Shown: piece after piece, positions 15,136-26,405 of the stretch
Layout of the letters: each line of letters starts with the position of its first letter
Position numbering within the stretch: the first letter of the stretch is position 1
From: Camelus ferus
Taxonomy: Eukaryota
Direction of reading: 5' to 3'
NCBI RefSeq assembly: GCF_009834535.1
Contig: NC_045715.1
Span: forward strand, 22,010,001 to 22,074,000
DNA length: 64,000 nt
Translations under genes and position numbers: made by a program
The notes under the pieces: generated by a model
The model's input: the letters and a program-made list of their open reading frames with translations, nothing else
Told to the model about the DNA's origin: nothing
The model's database searches: none

Positions 15136-17710
15136 GGACAGGGATGAACACAGCGAGGAGGGAGGGGGACTGAGGCCAAGTCAAGGCCCCTGTGGCAGTG
15201 CCCTCCCCAACCCAACACTCCAGGAAGGCAAAGGGGCAGCCCTGGTCACAGACTCCCTCCACAGTGGAGTGACTGCCTCTTCTGTGGGGGGCATAATGGA
15301 GCACAGCTCCCCCCCCCAACCCACCCAGCCAGAGCAGCTTTCAGCGCAACCACGTTGGATGATCAGAGCGTCTCACCTGGACCTACTCAAAGCTGGAATA
15401 GCAGGCCCATCTCACTCCTGATCCAAAATCTAATTCCCAAGGAAAAGAGCTTTTCCTGTTTCTCAGAAAGGAATTTCTACTTCCAATCTCCTGTCCTCCA
15501 TCTGAGAAGTCTAACCAGGCTGTCTGGGACCTGCCGCCATCACGGATGGATCCGATTCCCTGGGATTTTCGTCAAAGGATTATTTTAAAACAATAACTGA
15601 ATCCCCAGAGATCTCTGTGACAATCCCCACCATCAAATCCTAGTCGCACACTGATCCCACCCAACCCCATCACTTTGCCCAGAGGCTGCTGGGCACTTCC
15701 CGAATCCAGTGCTAAAGGTATACCCAGCACCCCATCATATGAGGCCATCTTCCTGTGCCCACTTCTGGCCCTGACTCAGGGTTTTCTATGACCTTCACTG
15801 CACTTCACTCTAAGAATAGAGCCCAGAAGGAGGCTGCTCTTTCCAGCGGCACTGGGACCTCTTACTGAAAGATGGAAACAGGCAGAGGCATGTATCCAAG
15901 TAGAAGGCAGGGAAATGGAGGAGATAGAGACCAGAGGAAGAAGCCAGGGGAGGTTGGAGGAGAAAGTGGAAGATTCTGGATGTGGAGAAAGTAGAACAGG
16001 GCTGTGCTGTGCAGGAGAAGATAGACAAAAAACAAACAAATAAACAAACAAAAACCTCAGAAAAACCTAGAAATGTTCTAGGAACAAACATCCGCAGGGG
16101 GACTCGTTTCTTCCGTTTACATCTTCCCCAGTGCTGTCAAGGTCCTGAGTTGCCGCTACAAGCACTTCCTAGCATTTGCCCTTCTTCTACGAGATTGCTT
16201 GCTTAATGTCTTCTTCATGTGCTGGGAAAATGGTTTTGAACAAGAGTCAGCAGGGAGGCCTATGGAGCATCCCCTCCAGATTGGCACCCTTGGGCCCAGC
16301 CTGGCCCTGAGGAGGGCACTGTCATCTTTCATTTTTGTAGAAGGTTCTGCTGGGGGAGTTACTCCCTTGAGCAACTCCTGCAGTAAATTTATTGCTACTG
16401 TTCATGTTAAAGGATAAGGCAGACCTTAGTTCTTGAATTAACTTCCCCCAAAGCATACTCTTGAGAACTTGGCAGATTTCTCTCTATGATGTATCAGAGA
16501 GGCTGATCATTGCCACCTGCAGGAAGGAATTAAAGAACCTTAGAGATGAAAGTATCACATGGGAGGCCTGGTCAGTTTCACCCTTTCAGGAAATATGTAT
16601 TGAGTCTACCACGTGTGAGGAACTGTTCTAGGACCTGGGTATCACAATCAGGTTTGTGATTTGGTGCCTGCCTTTGAAGGATTTGATTTCGGGAGTTCAT
16701 GGTGAGTACCTCATAATTGAATCTAGTGTCTAGTCCTATCAAGTGTATCCACTATAATATCTCCCAGGTCTGTCCAGTCTTCTCCATTCCTCCACCTCAC
16801 TGGTCCAGCCCCCACCTGGACAGTCCAGCTCTTTGAATCACTGCGGTAGCTGCCAAGGTTGGGAAAGGCCTTCTCTAACTCAAGCAGCACACCTGAGTCA
16901 GAGAATCCTTTTGAAATGTAAACCTGATTGTTTCAGTTACCCTGCTGAAACACATTCAGTGTTTTCCCACTGACCTTAGGTTAGAGACCCAAGTCCTTAA
17001 CCTGGTTTCTAAGGCCCTGTAGGGTGTGGCCCCAACGGCCTCTCCAGCCTCACCCCCCACCCCTCTCTCCCCCTCATCACTTTCCCAGTGCTCCACTTCT
17101 GCCACCGCTGCTTCCCCCACTGCAGAGAGCCTTTGTGTTGGCTGGGCCCTCCTCCTGAAAGGATCCTTCTCCCATTTCTCTTTTAAGTTAGCTCATCTTC
17201 GTTCTTCAGATCTTTACCACATCCTGAGGGAAGGTACCCAGACCTTCCTTTCACGTCAAATTCCCCTCTTCTGAGCGCCCACACCAAGGTGCCCTTTTCC
17301 TTGGAGGCACTTGGCAGGGTCGCAGGTCTACGTCCATTGGGGATTATTTGATGTCTGGCTCCCCATAGAATGTAAGCTCCCTGATGGCAGAGGCCATGAC
17401 AGCAGATGCAAACTCTTGCTTTGGACCTGGGCCTGAACACTGTAAATATTGCATTTACATACTGGTTGAATTGATGCATATGCGCCAGGATCTGGGACAA
17501 GAGGGTACTTATTTTAGGATCTTAGGATGAATTGAGGCCATGATTGTCCCTCCAGCAGCCACAGCCCAGGAGTGCCATGTATCATTTCCTACACCATTCC
17601 TCCCACCATATTTCCTGGCATTGTCCACCTCCACAGTTGTGCCTTCATTCTGGCCTCCTCCACCTTCTCCTTTGACTTTCTTTCTTTTTCTTTTTTCTTT
17701 TTGGTTTGGT

Positions 17711-17828
17711 TTTTTTGGAGGGGCGTAACTAGCTTTATTTATTTATCTTTTAAATGGAAGTACTGAGTTTGAACCTAAGACCTCCAGCGCGCTAAGCACA
17801 CACTTTACCACTGAGCTCTACCCTCCCC
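17711..17828 (-). mobile_element. tRNA-Ala-derived SINE (camelid vic-1-like), long-tail form
   Basis: Reverse complement GGGGAGGGTAGAGCTCAGTGGTAAAG...GGTTCAAACTCAGTACTTCCA plus tail. Confidence 0.85.
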
Positions 17829-17929
17829 TTTTTTGACTTTTTAATGCCCCTTCCTGGTTTTGCCTCGTTGACTTTGGTAGGCGGCAAGGAATCATGTGTC
17901 AACAGTGCAGGATTCAGAACCAGAATATC

Positions 17930-18040
17930 TATGTTCAGTAACTGGGAAAAGTATTATCAGTGTGACCTTCAGCAGGCTGTTAAAACACTCTGAACCCCAG
18001 CTTTCTTATCTATAAAAATGAGGACAACTTTAGAATTAAG
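17930..18040 (+). mobile_element. MIR fragment
   Basis: GTGTGACCTTCAGCAGG...CCCCAGCTTTCTTATCTATAAAAATGAGG resembles the MIR core. Confidence 0.5.
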
Positions 18041-18059
18041 CAAGATAGAGGAATTAGAA

Positions 18060-19110
18060 AATCTAAAAGCACCTAAAACACTGGATAAAATATGGGGGGG
18101 AAAAAGTAAACATATGACTCTGTTCTCAAAAGGAAAGTGAAATCCCCAGTGCTAGAAACAGAGAGGAAACTGAAAGCCAGAGGGTAAGCTGACTGTGGCT
18201 GTGGTTACTAGGAGGGGGCTGGAAGGGATGGGTTCTTTTAACTAAGGGCTGTTTTATCAGCCATCCAGGGACAGATGAGATCTTGGTCCTGAAGAGGCGA
18301 GGAAATTAGACGAAAGGCAGCCAAAGCTGACTCAAGAAAAAATAGAAAACCTGACAGATCTATAAATTCTGATAAATTGAAAGAGAAATTTTAAATGTGC
18401 ACACGTGTGCTCACACACACACACACATGCTCTACACAAATGGTTTTATAGGTGTATTATTCTGTTATAATACACACTTAAGGAACTGTTTATTTATAGA
18501 AACTGTCCAAGGCAATGGAAAGAGGACCAATCACACCAAAAAGACTAAAAACTCTAAATGAAATATTAGCAAAATGAATCCAGTGGAGTTTGTGCAAGTG
18601 TGTGTATATATGCATGTGTGCATGTGTGACAAAGCAGGGTTTATTCCAGGAACATTAGGATGGTCTAATTCCATCCTTAGATTTTTAAAATAAATCTAAA
18701 ATAAAATAAAATTTTAAATTTTATTAATGATATTTACCACAATGATATTTGCAATATTAAAAAGAAAAAATATGATTGTTCCAGTAGGTATAGAGAATGC
18801 ACTGAATAACGTTTAACACTAATTCGTGATTTTAAAAACAAACCCAGCTAACTATGAATAGAAAATAGCTTCCAATGTTAAATCCAAGGATACTAGTTTT
18901 TACTGTTTCTGTTCAACTTGTGCTGTGAGGTCTGAAGTATCACAATAAGAAAAAGAAGAAATAAAGCCATCATTATTTACAAAACAATTATGAGAACCTA
19001 CAATTAGAACTAATACACCCCTTTATGAGGGCAAAATGAATATTTAAACATCAATATGCCTGTACCACAGCAATAGACAAACAGAAGGTTTAGTTTTAAA
19101 AACATGCCAC
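18060..19110 (+). mobile_element. Old L1 ORF2 fragments
   Basis: A-rich, with L1-like motifs (CTGACTCAAGAAAAAATAGAAAACCTG; AATGAATCCAG; CATCATTATTTACA). Boundaries approximate. Confidence 0.55.
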
Positions 19111-19115
19111 TTGTT

Positions 19116-19246
19116 GGGGGAGGGTATAGCTCAAGTGGTAGCACGCATATTTAGCATGCAGGAGATCCTGGGTTCAATCCCCAGTACCTCCTCTAAAAAT
19201 AAACAAACAAGCAAACAAACAAACCTAACTACTCACCCTAAAAAAA
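19116..19246 (+). mobile_element. tRNA-Ala-derived SINE, long-tail form
   Basis: GGGGGAGGGTATAGCTCAAGTGGTAG...GGTTCAATCCCCAGTACCTCC followed by AAACAAACCTAACTAC tail. Confidence 0.9.
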
Positions 19247-19299
19247 CTTTTTAAAAAGGAACAGGGGTCCTGAGCGATGGCTGAAAGCTGAAAACTCCA

Positions 19300-20090
19300 G
19301 GGAGCGCTTGTGATTCAGCTCTGTGAAGCTAGTGGGCATATGGTGCCAGGGCTGCAGAAAAGGCCAGAGGTAGGAAGACAGAAAGAAGCAGCAGGGTTGG
19401 AGGGATTCAGAAATGAGCTGGAAAGTAAAATCGCTAGGACTCAGGTTATTAGAACTCAGGGTGAGGGGCAGAGCGCAAAGAGCAAGAGTGTGACCTGGGG
19501 GCCTTCCAGGTTTCTGGCTTGGGCAACTGGATGATTGGTGATTCCACTAATTGAAACCAAGGACAATGGAACAGATGTGGGAGAAGAAAATGAATTCAAT
19601 GATTGGGAATTCAGTGCTTGCTTAATAAGTTTAAATTGAAACATTAATTTGTAAGCAACTGGGGAGATTCAGATGGAGAGATTCAAGAGACAGTTGTGGA
19701 GGTCAAGAGAGAAGTCTGGGCTAGAAATCTACATTGATGAGTCACCAACACAGCAATGGTAGTTGAAGCCATGGGTATGAGAGTGCCCAAGTAAAGTGTG
19801 CAGATGAGGAGAAAAGGGAGTTTGGCCAAGTCACGGAAAGAGCCTGAGAAAGATCAGAGAGGTGGGAGGAGAAATGAGAGGGGGAGAGAGAGAGAGAAAG
19901 AGAAAAATCAACAGAGAGAAGAACTTTGAAAAGAACAGAGGAAAAAGGGTAGGCAACAGGGTCAAATGCTCCAGAGAAGAAAAACAAAATGAAGATGGAA
20001 AATGTCCATTCTATTTGGCAGAAAGATCCATTTAGGGTTACCTTAGTGAGCGTAGCTTCAGTCAGAGGGTGGGAGGGGCAGAGCTGACAG
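19300..20090 (+). mobile_element. L2 remnants
   Basis: Purine-rich L2-like text (GGAGGTCAAGAGAGAAGTCTGGGCTAGA; AATGGTAGTTGAAGCCATGGG). Boundaries approximate. Confidence 0.55.
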
Positions 20091-20105
20091 CAGTGAATTG
20101 AGGAG

Positions 20106-20400
20106 GTGGATTAGTTTTCCATCGCTGTATAACAAACCACCCAAACCTGAGTGACTTACAATAGCAATAACCATGTATTAAATTCCATGGATTCTGGGGA
20201 TTAGGAATTTGGGGAGGACGCTGCCAGGACCACTGTCTCTGCTCCATGGTGTAAGGGGACTGAGTTGGAAGTGATTCAGGGACTGGGAGTTGAAATCATC
20301 TGAAGGCTTGTTCACCCGCATGTCTGGCAGCTGATGCTAGCAGTTGGTTGATATCTTACCTGAGGCTGTTGGCTGCTCCTGGTGGCTGGGTTGGTGGTGG
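20106..20400. mobile_element. MaLR/ERVL-type LTR fragment (MLT-like)
   Basis: ATTAGTTTTCCATCGCTGTATAACAAACCACCCAAA...TGACTTACAATAGCAA is typical of MLT termini. Confidence 0.55.
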
Positions 20401-21035
20401 GGGACCCTTCCCAAGGGGAAGGGAGAACCCTGATGTTTGAGGGGCCCAGAGCAAGAGTACAAATCAAGAATATGAAGTTGCAGGGATTTAATCTGCCTGT
20501 TCAGGTTGTAGATTTGCTGGAAACGAGGCAGGAAATTATTGTATCAAATCTACAACTTAAACAGGTCAGATAAAATCCATGCGATTTCACATTGTTTACT
20601 GATTTGGTTACTGGTCAAAACAATGAAGGTATATGTGGCCACCATTTCTTTTTCTATATCTAGCCTCCATAGTCTTTTCCCAGTTTTAAAAAATTTAAGT
20701 AGATTGCTCCCTTGAATATATTCTATTTCTTTTTTATTTTCAGCTATTTTTTTTGTTTCCATATATATAGTTTCTATTTCTGTTGTGATTCAATGTGTAC
20801 TCATTTTCAGTGATCTAGGATTTTAAAATAAAATATAATTGTAGCCAAAGTTTACAAAATTTAAATGTATTTTCGCCAAAATATGTAAATGTAAAAAACT
20901 TAATCAGTTATATATTTATCATTTTCTCCTCAAATATTCAAAATTAGCTATATAAATTATTAATTTTTAAGTAAAACTAATTTAAATAAAGCTTTTTTTT
21001 ACTTAGTTAAAAATCTTTATTAAATAGTTTTATAG

Positions 21036-21155
21036 GGCAAAGGGTATAGCTCAAATGGTAGAGTGCCTGCTCAGCACCCAAAAGGTCCAGGGTTTAATCC
21101 CCATACCTCCTTCAAGCGGAAATCAATGAAGAAACCTAATTACCTCCCCCTCAGA
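21036..21155 (+). mobile_element. tRNA-Ala-derived SINE with 14-bp target-site duplication
   Basis: SINE body flanked by AAATAGTTTTATAG at 21022-21035 and 21156-21169. Confidence 0.9.
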
Positions 21156-21699
21156 AAATAGTTTTATAGAAATCAACTCGTCATAACCTAGTATTCAGTG
21201 TTCACCCACTTACCGATGTGATCAATATCATGCTTCACAAAAGTTATGTCTAGATCTACATGCATACAAATTTAACAGTAATAAGAATCATTCGATTTTG
21301 CAAAATGTTCCTCAACTATCACTTGCAGCTCTTGTGAATGCAGCACAGCACACTCCTAGATCACAAGGAGAAGCGAGAAAAGCAGACACTCAACACTGCT
21401 GGGAAATGATAATTTATCGTGCTATTTGAAAGGTATTTGACAAATTAGTTAAGTTGTATTTTCTCTTACCTAAGTATTTCAAATACTTAAATTCTCCCTA
21501 CGTTCCAAAATAGTGTGTGCCTCAGAATCTGACAGAGGCACAACCTCAAACTTTCAAAGGATTTGATTGTAGTCATTTTTTGTTTCCAGGATACCAGGCA
21601 AGAGATTGCAGAAGCATTTCCCTGGGGCCTGAAGTGTTAATTATGAGAGCAGATGTCAGGGTTTCAGGTTGTGCTGTGCCAGAGCTTAGGGCCAGATCC

Positions 21700-22310
21700 C
21701 AAGTGACAGAGGTGCCCAGGTGTTGTTTAATAAATGTTGTATATGATAGGTGAGGTCCCCCAATGTCTACTGACCAGAGCAGGGCTCCTGTGGTCCAGAT
21801 CTAAGAATGGCACTATTTGTGGTCCTATTCATATACATTTTCACATATTCACTTTCCAATATGCTAAGCTTGTGGTATCTTCGAGACATCCAGGTAGGCA
21901 GTCAGATACACAACTCTGGAGATCAGAGGGAAGTGATCAGCTGATAGCAACGAAGCCATGGGGCAGGTGGGGTGAATTTCCTGGAGGGGAAGTGTAGCAT
22001 GAGAAGAGGAGAGTCCAGGACTCATGACCCAGCAGGATGAGCCAACAAAGAAGCAAGGAGCAGCCAAAGGGGGAGAAGGAAAACCAGGAGAGTGCTCAGT
22101 CCTGGAAGCCAAAGAAAGACAATGTTTCAAAAAAGAATTGGCCAACAGTGTTGACCAAGCAGGGGAAAAGCTAAAAAGTGGATTTAATGACAGGAGGGTC
22201 ATAGCAAAAGGAGTTGCGTGGCATGGGAGAGGCATACACCAACCTGGAGGGGCTGAGCAGTGAGTGGGAGTGAGGGATTAGAGAGAGAACTTTCCTCCAA
22301 TGAAACTTTA
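21700..22310 (+). mobile_element. L2 remnants
   Basis: L2-like text (GACATCCAGGTAGGCAG; GTGGGAGTGAGGGATTAGAGA). Boundaries approximate. Confidence 0.45.
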
Positions 22311-22694
22311 TGAAAAGTTTCAAACATACAGACAAGTTGAAACTATAGTACAATTATCTCTTGTCCATCCACCACTTGACTTAACAATCATTATCATTTA
22401 TACATACATACAATCTTTACATGTTTATATATAGTTCTTGAACCATGTGAAAATTTAGGAAGTCATGATGCTTCACACTTTAACACTTCAGCACATATCA
22501 CCTCAAAATAAAGATGATTCCAGCTAAGGAAATAACAGTCAGTCCCTAATACCATCTGATATGCAGAATATACTCAAATTTCCCCCCAATTAACCCCAAA
22601 ATGTCATTTATGTGTCTTTTCAAATCAGGATCCAATCAAGGTACATGTGCTGTGTGTGAGAGTGAGGCTGGATGAGGCCATTGAAAGATACAAG

Positions 22695-23020
22695 GAGAAA
22701 TGACATAAATGAACTTATTTACAAAACAGAAACAGACTCACAGACATAGAAAACAAACTGATGGTTACCAGAAGAAAAAAGCGGTGGGAAGGGATAAATT
22801 GGGAGTTTGAGATTAGCAGATCCTATTATATATAAAATAGACAAACAACAAGTTTATATTATATTGTACATGGAACTATATTCAACATCTTGTAGTAACC
22901 TATAATGAAAAAGAATATGAAAAGGAATACATGTATGTATATGTATGACTGAAACATTATGCTGTACACCAGCAATTGATACAACAATGTAAACTGACTA
23001 TACTTCAATTAGAAAAAAAG
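22695..23020 (+). mobile_element. 3' end of a younger (cetartiodactyl-type) L1
   Basis: GAACTTATTTACAAAACAGAAACAGACTCACAGACATAGAAAACAAAC...GCTGTACACCAG...CTATACTTCAATT followed by an A tail. Confidence 0.8.
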
Positions 23021-23193
23021 GTACAGGGAGCAGTCAGAGGGGAAATGAAGTGGAGGAGGGGTTTGGTTTGTTGTGTTTAACTTAGAGAGAGAGGCTGAAG
23101 ATTCAGGAGAGGAAAGGGGGTAATCGAAGAGATGGGATGTAGTCATGGGTAGAGAGACTGGCTTTGGGCAGGAAGAGGGCAATGTCTCTACTC

Positions 23194-23330
23194 CGGTGGT
23201 TCTCAAAGTGGGATCCCCAGCCAGAGCATCAAGCATCACCTGGAAACAAGTTACAAATAAAAATTCTGGCCCCCACCCACCCTGCTGAAAAGGAAACACG
23301 TTTTAACATGCCCAAAGTTGGAGAACCATC
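23194..23330. mobile_element. MER5A-like hAT MITE
   Basis: Terminal inverted repeats C(G)GTGGTTCTCAAA ... TTGGAGAACCA. Confidence 0.7.
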
Positions 23331-24654
23331 TCTCTGTTCTAATAGGAACAAGGACAGATGGTTACAGGTGCCTTGTGGATTTGGTTACAGGTGGTTGAGG
23401 GAGCTCACCTCTAATGGCTTCAGTTTTCTCTGTAACATAAGAGTGAGATCATCAACTGAGAGTAAGGTGAGAGGCAAAGAGGGAGCTCATGGGTTCCAGG
23501 ATTAGTGAGTTTAAAGTAACCAATGACCAGCGTGATGTGGCTGGGTCACTAAGCAATGCTGGGTCATTAGGGACCATGAATGAGAAGGGGTGACCACTTC
23601 CCAGCTGGCGGCTTCTCCCAACACTTTTTAGCTCTCAAAGTAAGATCCTGAAGCAACAGATCATCCACCAAACCTAGGGTTGAGGTTTATTTTAGCCTGA
23701 GAGGTACCAAGGATGAAAATATAGAGGCGCAAAGGAATCTGGGATATTGTCAAGAGAGTTGTTGAAATGAAGAGCTACGCAGCTGAAGTGGGTAAGGAGA
23801 GGCTGATGGATCGGAGGGAGACATCATTGATCTGGAGGCCCCAGGAGACTGAAAAATGATTGTGAGAGGAGTAGAGAGTGATGGGCAGAAGGTTAGGAGA
23901 CGGGGGCTGATGCAGGCTGCTTGAATGTGTGATTCTGGCAGAGGAGCTGCTTCAGATGACGAGGTCCAGGGTGTGACAGTGAGAATGTGACTTGGAGAAC
24001 TATTCCAAGTTGGAGTGGAGAAGGTCCAGGGGATGAAGCCACCAAGATGTTGAGAAGCCAGGTGGGTAATGAGTCATCTACTCGGACAGTGAGATAGGAA
24101 GAGACAGACAGTCCGCCGAGTGCCAGCGTCCCCCTGCGTGAGGTGGAGAGGCCTGGGAGGTGGCAGACAGTAGCAAAGAGGAAGGAAGACAGCAATTTAG
24201 CCCAATGGCTGAGCCTCCGAGGCAGAAGGTTATTTTAAACTAGAAACTGGGGGTGGAGGAGGAGGAGTCTGCAGACAGCAATGTGGAGCAAGGAAAGCAC
24301 CCTCACCTATAAGAAAATAAACAGCTCTCATTTCAGAAGCCTGCAGAGGGGGTAGTACACTCAAGGGAGGATTAGATTTCGGTTAAAGTCAGGAGGTGGA
24401 GGGAGCACTCCAAGGAGAAGTTAAGGGAAGGAGGAGATTTGAAGCTTATCAGAGGCAGGCGGGGAGGTTGGGGAGGGGCCAGTGGAGGGCGGGGTCAGAG
24501 GCAGAAAGCACCGAGAATGCCGCCGAGAGGACAGTGCGCGGCGCGGAAGAGCAGGAGGGCCAGGGAGTTTACATTTTCACTTCTAAATGATAAAAACAGG
24601 GCTGGGAGGCAGGCGGGATTTCATCCAGTTAGTCTCTGGGAAGCCATGGAAAGT

Positions 24655-24850
24655 GATGGTTAAGGATGTGGCCTCACGAGCAGACCTTGTCAAGCACAAC
24701 CTTCGGTCAGGTCTCCAGGCCCCCATTTCCTCTTCTGTAAAATGGACATAACAATAGTACCTACCCCACAGAGCTGCTGTGACGATTCAATGACTTAGTG
24801 TGTTCATGTTTAGAACAATGTCTGGGCAGTGGCCTCAGAACACTCGGTGG
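24655..24850 (+). mobile_element. MIR
   Basis: CCCCATTTCCTCTTCTGTAAAATGGACATAACAATAGTACCTACC...GCTGTGACGATTCAATGA. Confidence 0.7.
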
Positions 24851-24910
24851 TGGCTCCCAAGCCGGGCAGAGCAGCCTCTTCGCTCACCTGGACCCTGCCC
24901 TATAGGAAAC

Positions 24911-25980
24911 CCGAGTAGCAACCCCTGGGATGGGAATGAGGAGTTTGATGAGCAGTTGCAAATGCAGGAATGTATTGAGACTCCAAGAATAGAGACACCC
25001 AAGAAGATCCCGATAGAAAAATGGAGTCTTTTGGGCAGCAGCCTGGGGACACTGCCTACGCATGGGATCTGGATGAGAAGGCTTGATTCCCCAAGACCAC
25101 AGAAGGTTTCATTGCTATGCTATCAAGCCAATTATGGCTTTTCTAATGATAGCGTGTCTAGCTTTATGGAAAAAGTACAAGACGTCAATACTAGGGATAC
25201 AGAGAAACTTCTGCAAAGACAAACACCAAACCCACTGATCCCAAAGAGAGAGGAGATAAAAGGAAGAAACAAGATGGTTTCATGTTGACAAAGATAGAAA
25301 TACAAAGGTATTATATGTCCGGTTTGCCTTCAGACATTACAGTGGATGAATTTATACAGCTCACATCAAAAGTCTGTGTTATTATGGGAGATCCTCAGAA
25401 GAATTTAAGGTCAAGTTTTACAAACATAAAGAAATCTTAAAGGAGATGGGCTTTGTTGTTATTTGAAGAGGGATCTTCAGATCTTGCATTAAAACTTTTT
25501 GATGAAGATGAAATTAGGAGCTAGAAATTAGAGGTCAAAGTGGCAAAGTTTCAGCTGAAGGAGGAATACAGTGCCTCAAAAAAGAATAATAAGTACAAAG
25601 TCTACGAGAAGAAGCTGTTTCTGCAAAGTAAACAATTGGACTGGACACCTGAAAGGAGAGATGGGCCACGGGGAAGGTACCATGAGTGAGTCGTCACATC
25701 AAAAATATATTTTATCTTATTAGTGGATGACCCTTTGGTGCTGAATGAAATCAAAGACCCTTGAGTAGAATGTTCCAAATTCAGACAAAGTAGGAAGCTC
25801 TTTTTCTTTGATAGGCACGAAGCTGGTGTGGACTCTATGTCCTTGAGGAATGCAGAGGAAGCTGATTATTGGATTCAAATCATCCATGGAAGGTGGTTTG
25901 GGAGCCATCAAGTCATTGATGGGATTACAGGCTATCAGGTTGAGGAGACCTCAAGAGAAAGTGAGAGTTGAGTGGAAAGG
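24911..25980 (+). pseudogene. HTATSF1P: Processed (intronless) HTATSF1/Tat-SF1 pseudogene, N-terminal RRM region, 3'-truncated
   Basis: Co-linear peptide relics DGNEEFDEQLQMQE, YQANYGFSND, WFHVDKDRNT, SGLPSDITVDEFIQL, LALKLFDEDEIRS*, VAKFQLKEEY, KQLDWTPERR, DDPLVLNEIK, GRWFG and YQVEETSRE match Tat-SF1 as I recall it. Multiple stops and frameshifts, no introns. Confidence 0.9.
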
Positions 25981-26281
25981 GGGTGGGGGGGTCTCAAAAG
26001 GCTACGTGTGTATGTGAACTGAATATGGTTTAACTCCTGTGTGCAGTGATACACCAAGCAAGGCGAAGTGGGAGGGGGTTGTACGAGGGGGAGGCGTGTT
26101 ACTGAATTGCTGGTGCATGGTAAAAATAAAAAGTCGATTTTAGTACAATTTTAAAATTCTCTACAGAAAATGCAGCCTCTTACTGCCTTGGAAGAAATAC
26201 TAAATTTCAGTTTGAGGTTGGAGAAAATAAAGTATAATTTTTCCCTATCCTCATTCACAGATCCCTTTAAAATTTTTTTTC

Positions 26282-26405
26282 TTTTTGGGGGGAGGTAATT
26301 AGGTTTGTTTATTTATTTGTTTGTTTTTAATGGAGGTACTGGGGATTGAACCCAGGACCTTCTGCATGCTAAACATGCAGCCTACCACTGAGCTATAAAT
26401 GCCCC
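26282..26405 (-). mobile_element. tRNA-Ala-derived SINE, long-tail form
   Basis: Reverse complement ...TATAGCTCAGTGGTAGG...GGGTTCAATCCCCAGTACCTCCA followed by AAACAAACCTAATTACCTCCCCCC. Confidence 0.9.

Noticed and set aside
15400-16440. Possible further pseudogene or exon relics downstream of the ZNF fossil
   Set aside because: There are some splice-like motifs and short frames, but no peptide I could recognise.
20430-21690. AT-rich block as a novel element
   Set aside because: It looks like an old DNA-transposon remnant interrupted by a SINE. I could not assign a family or boundaries with confidence.
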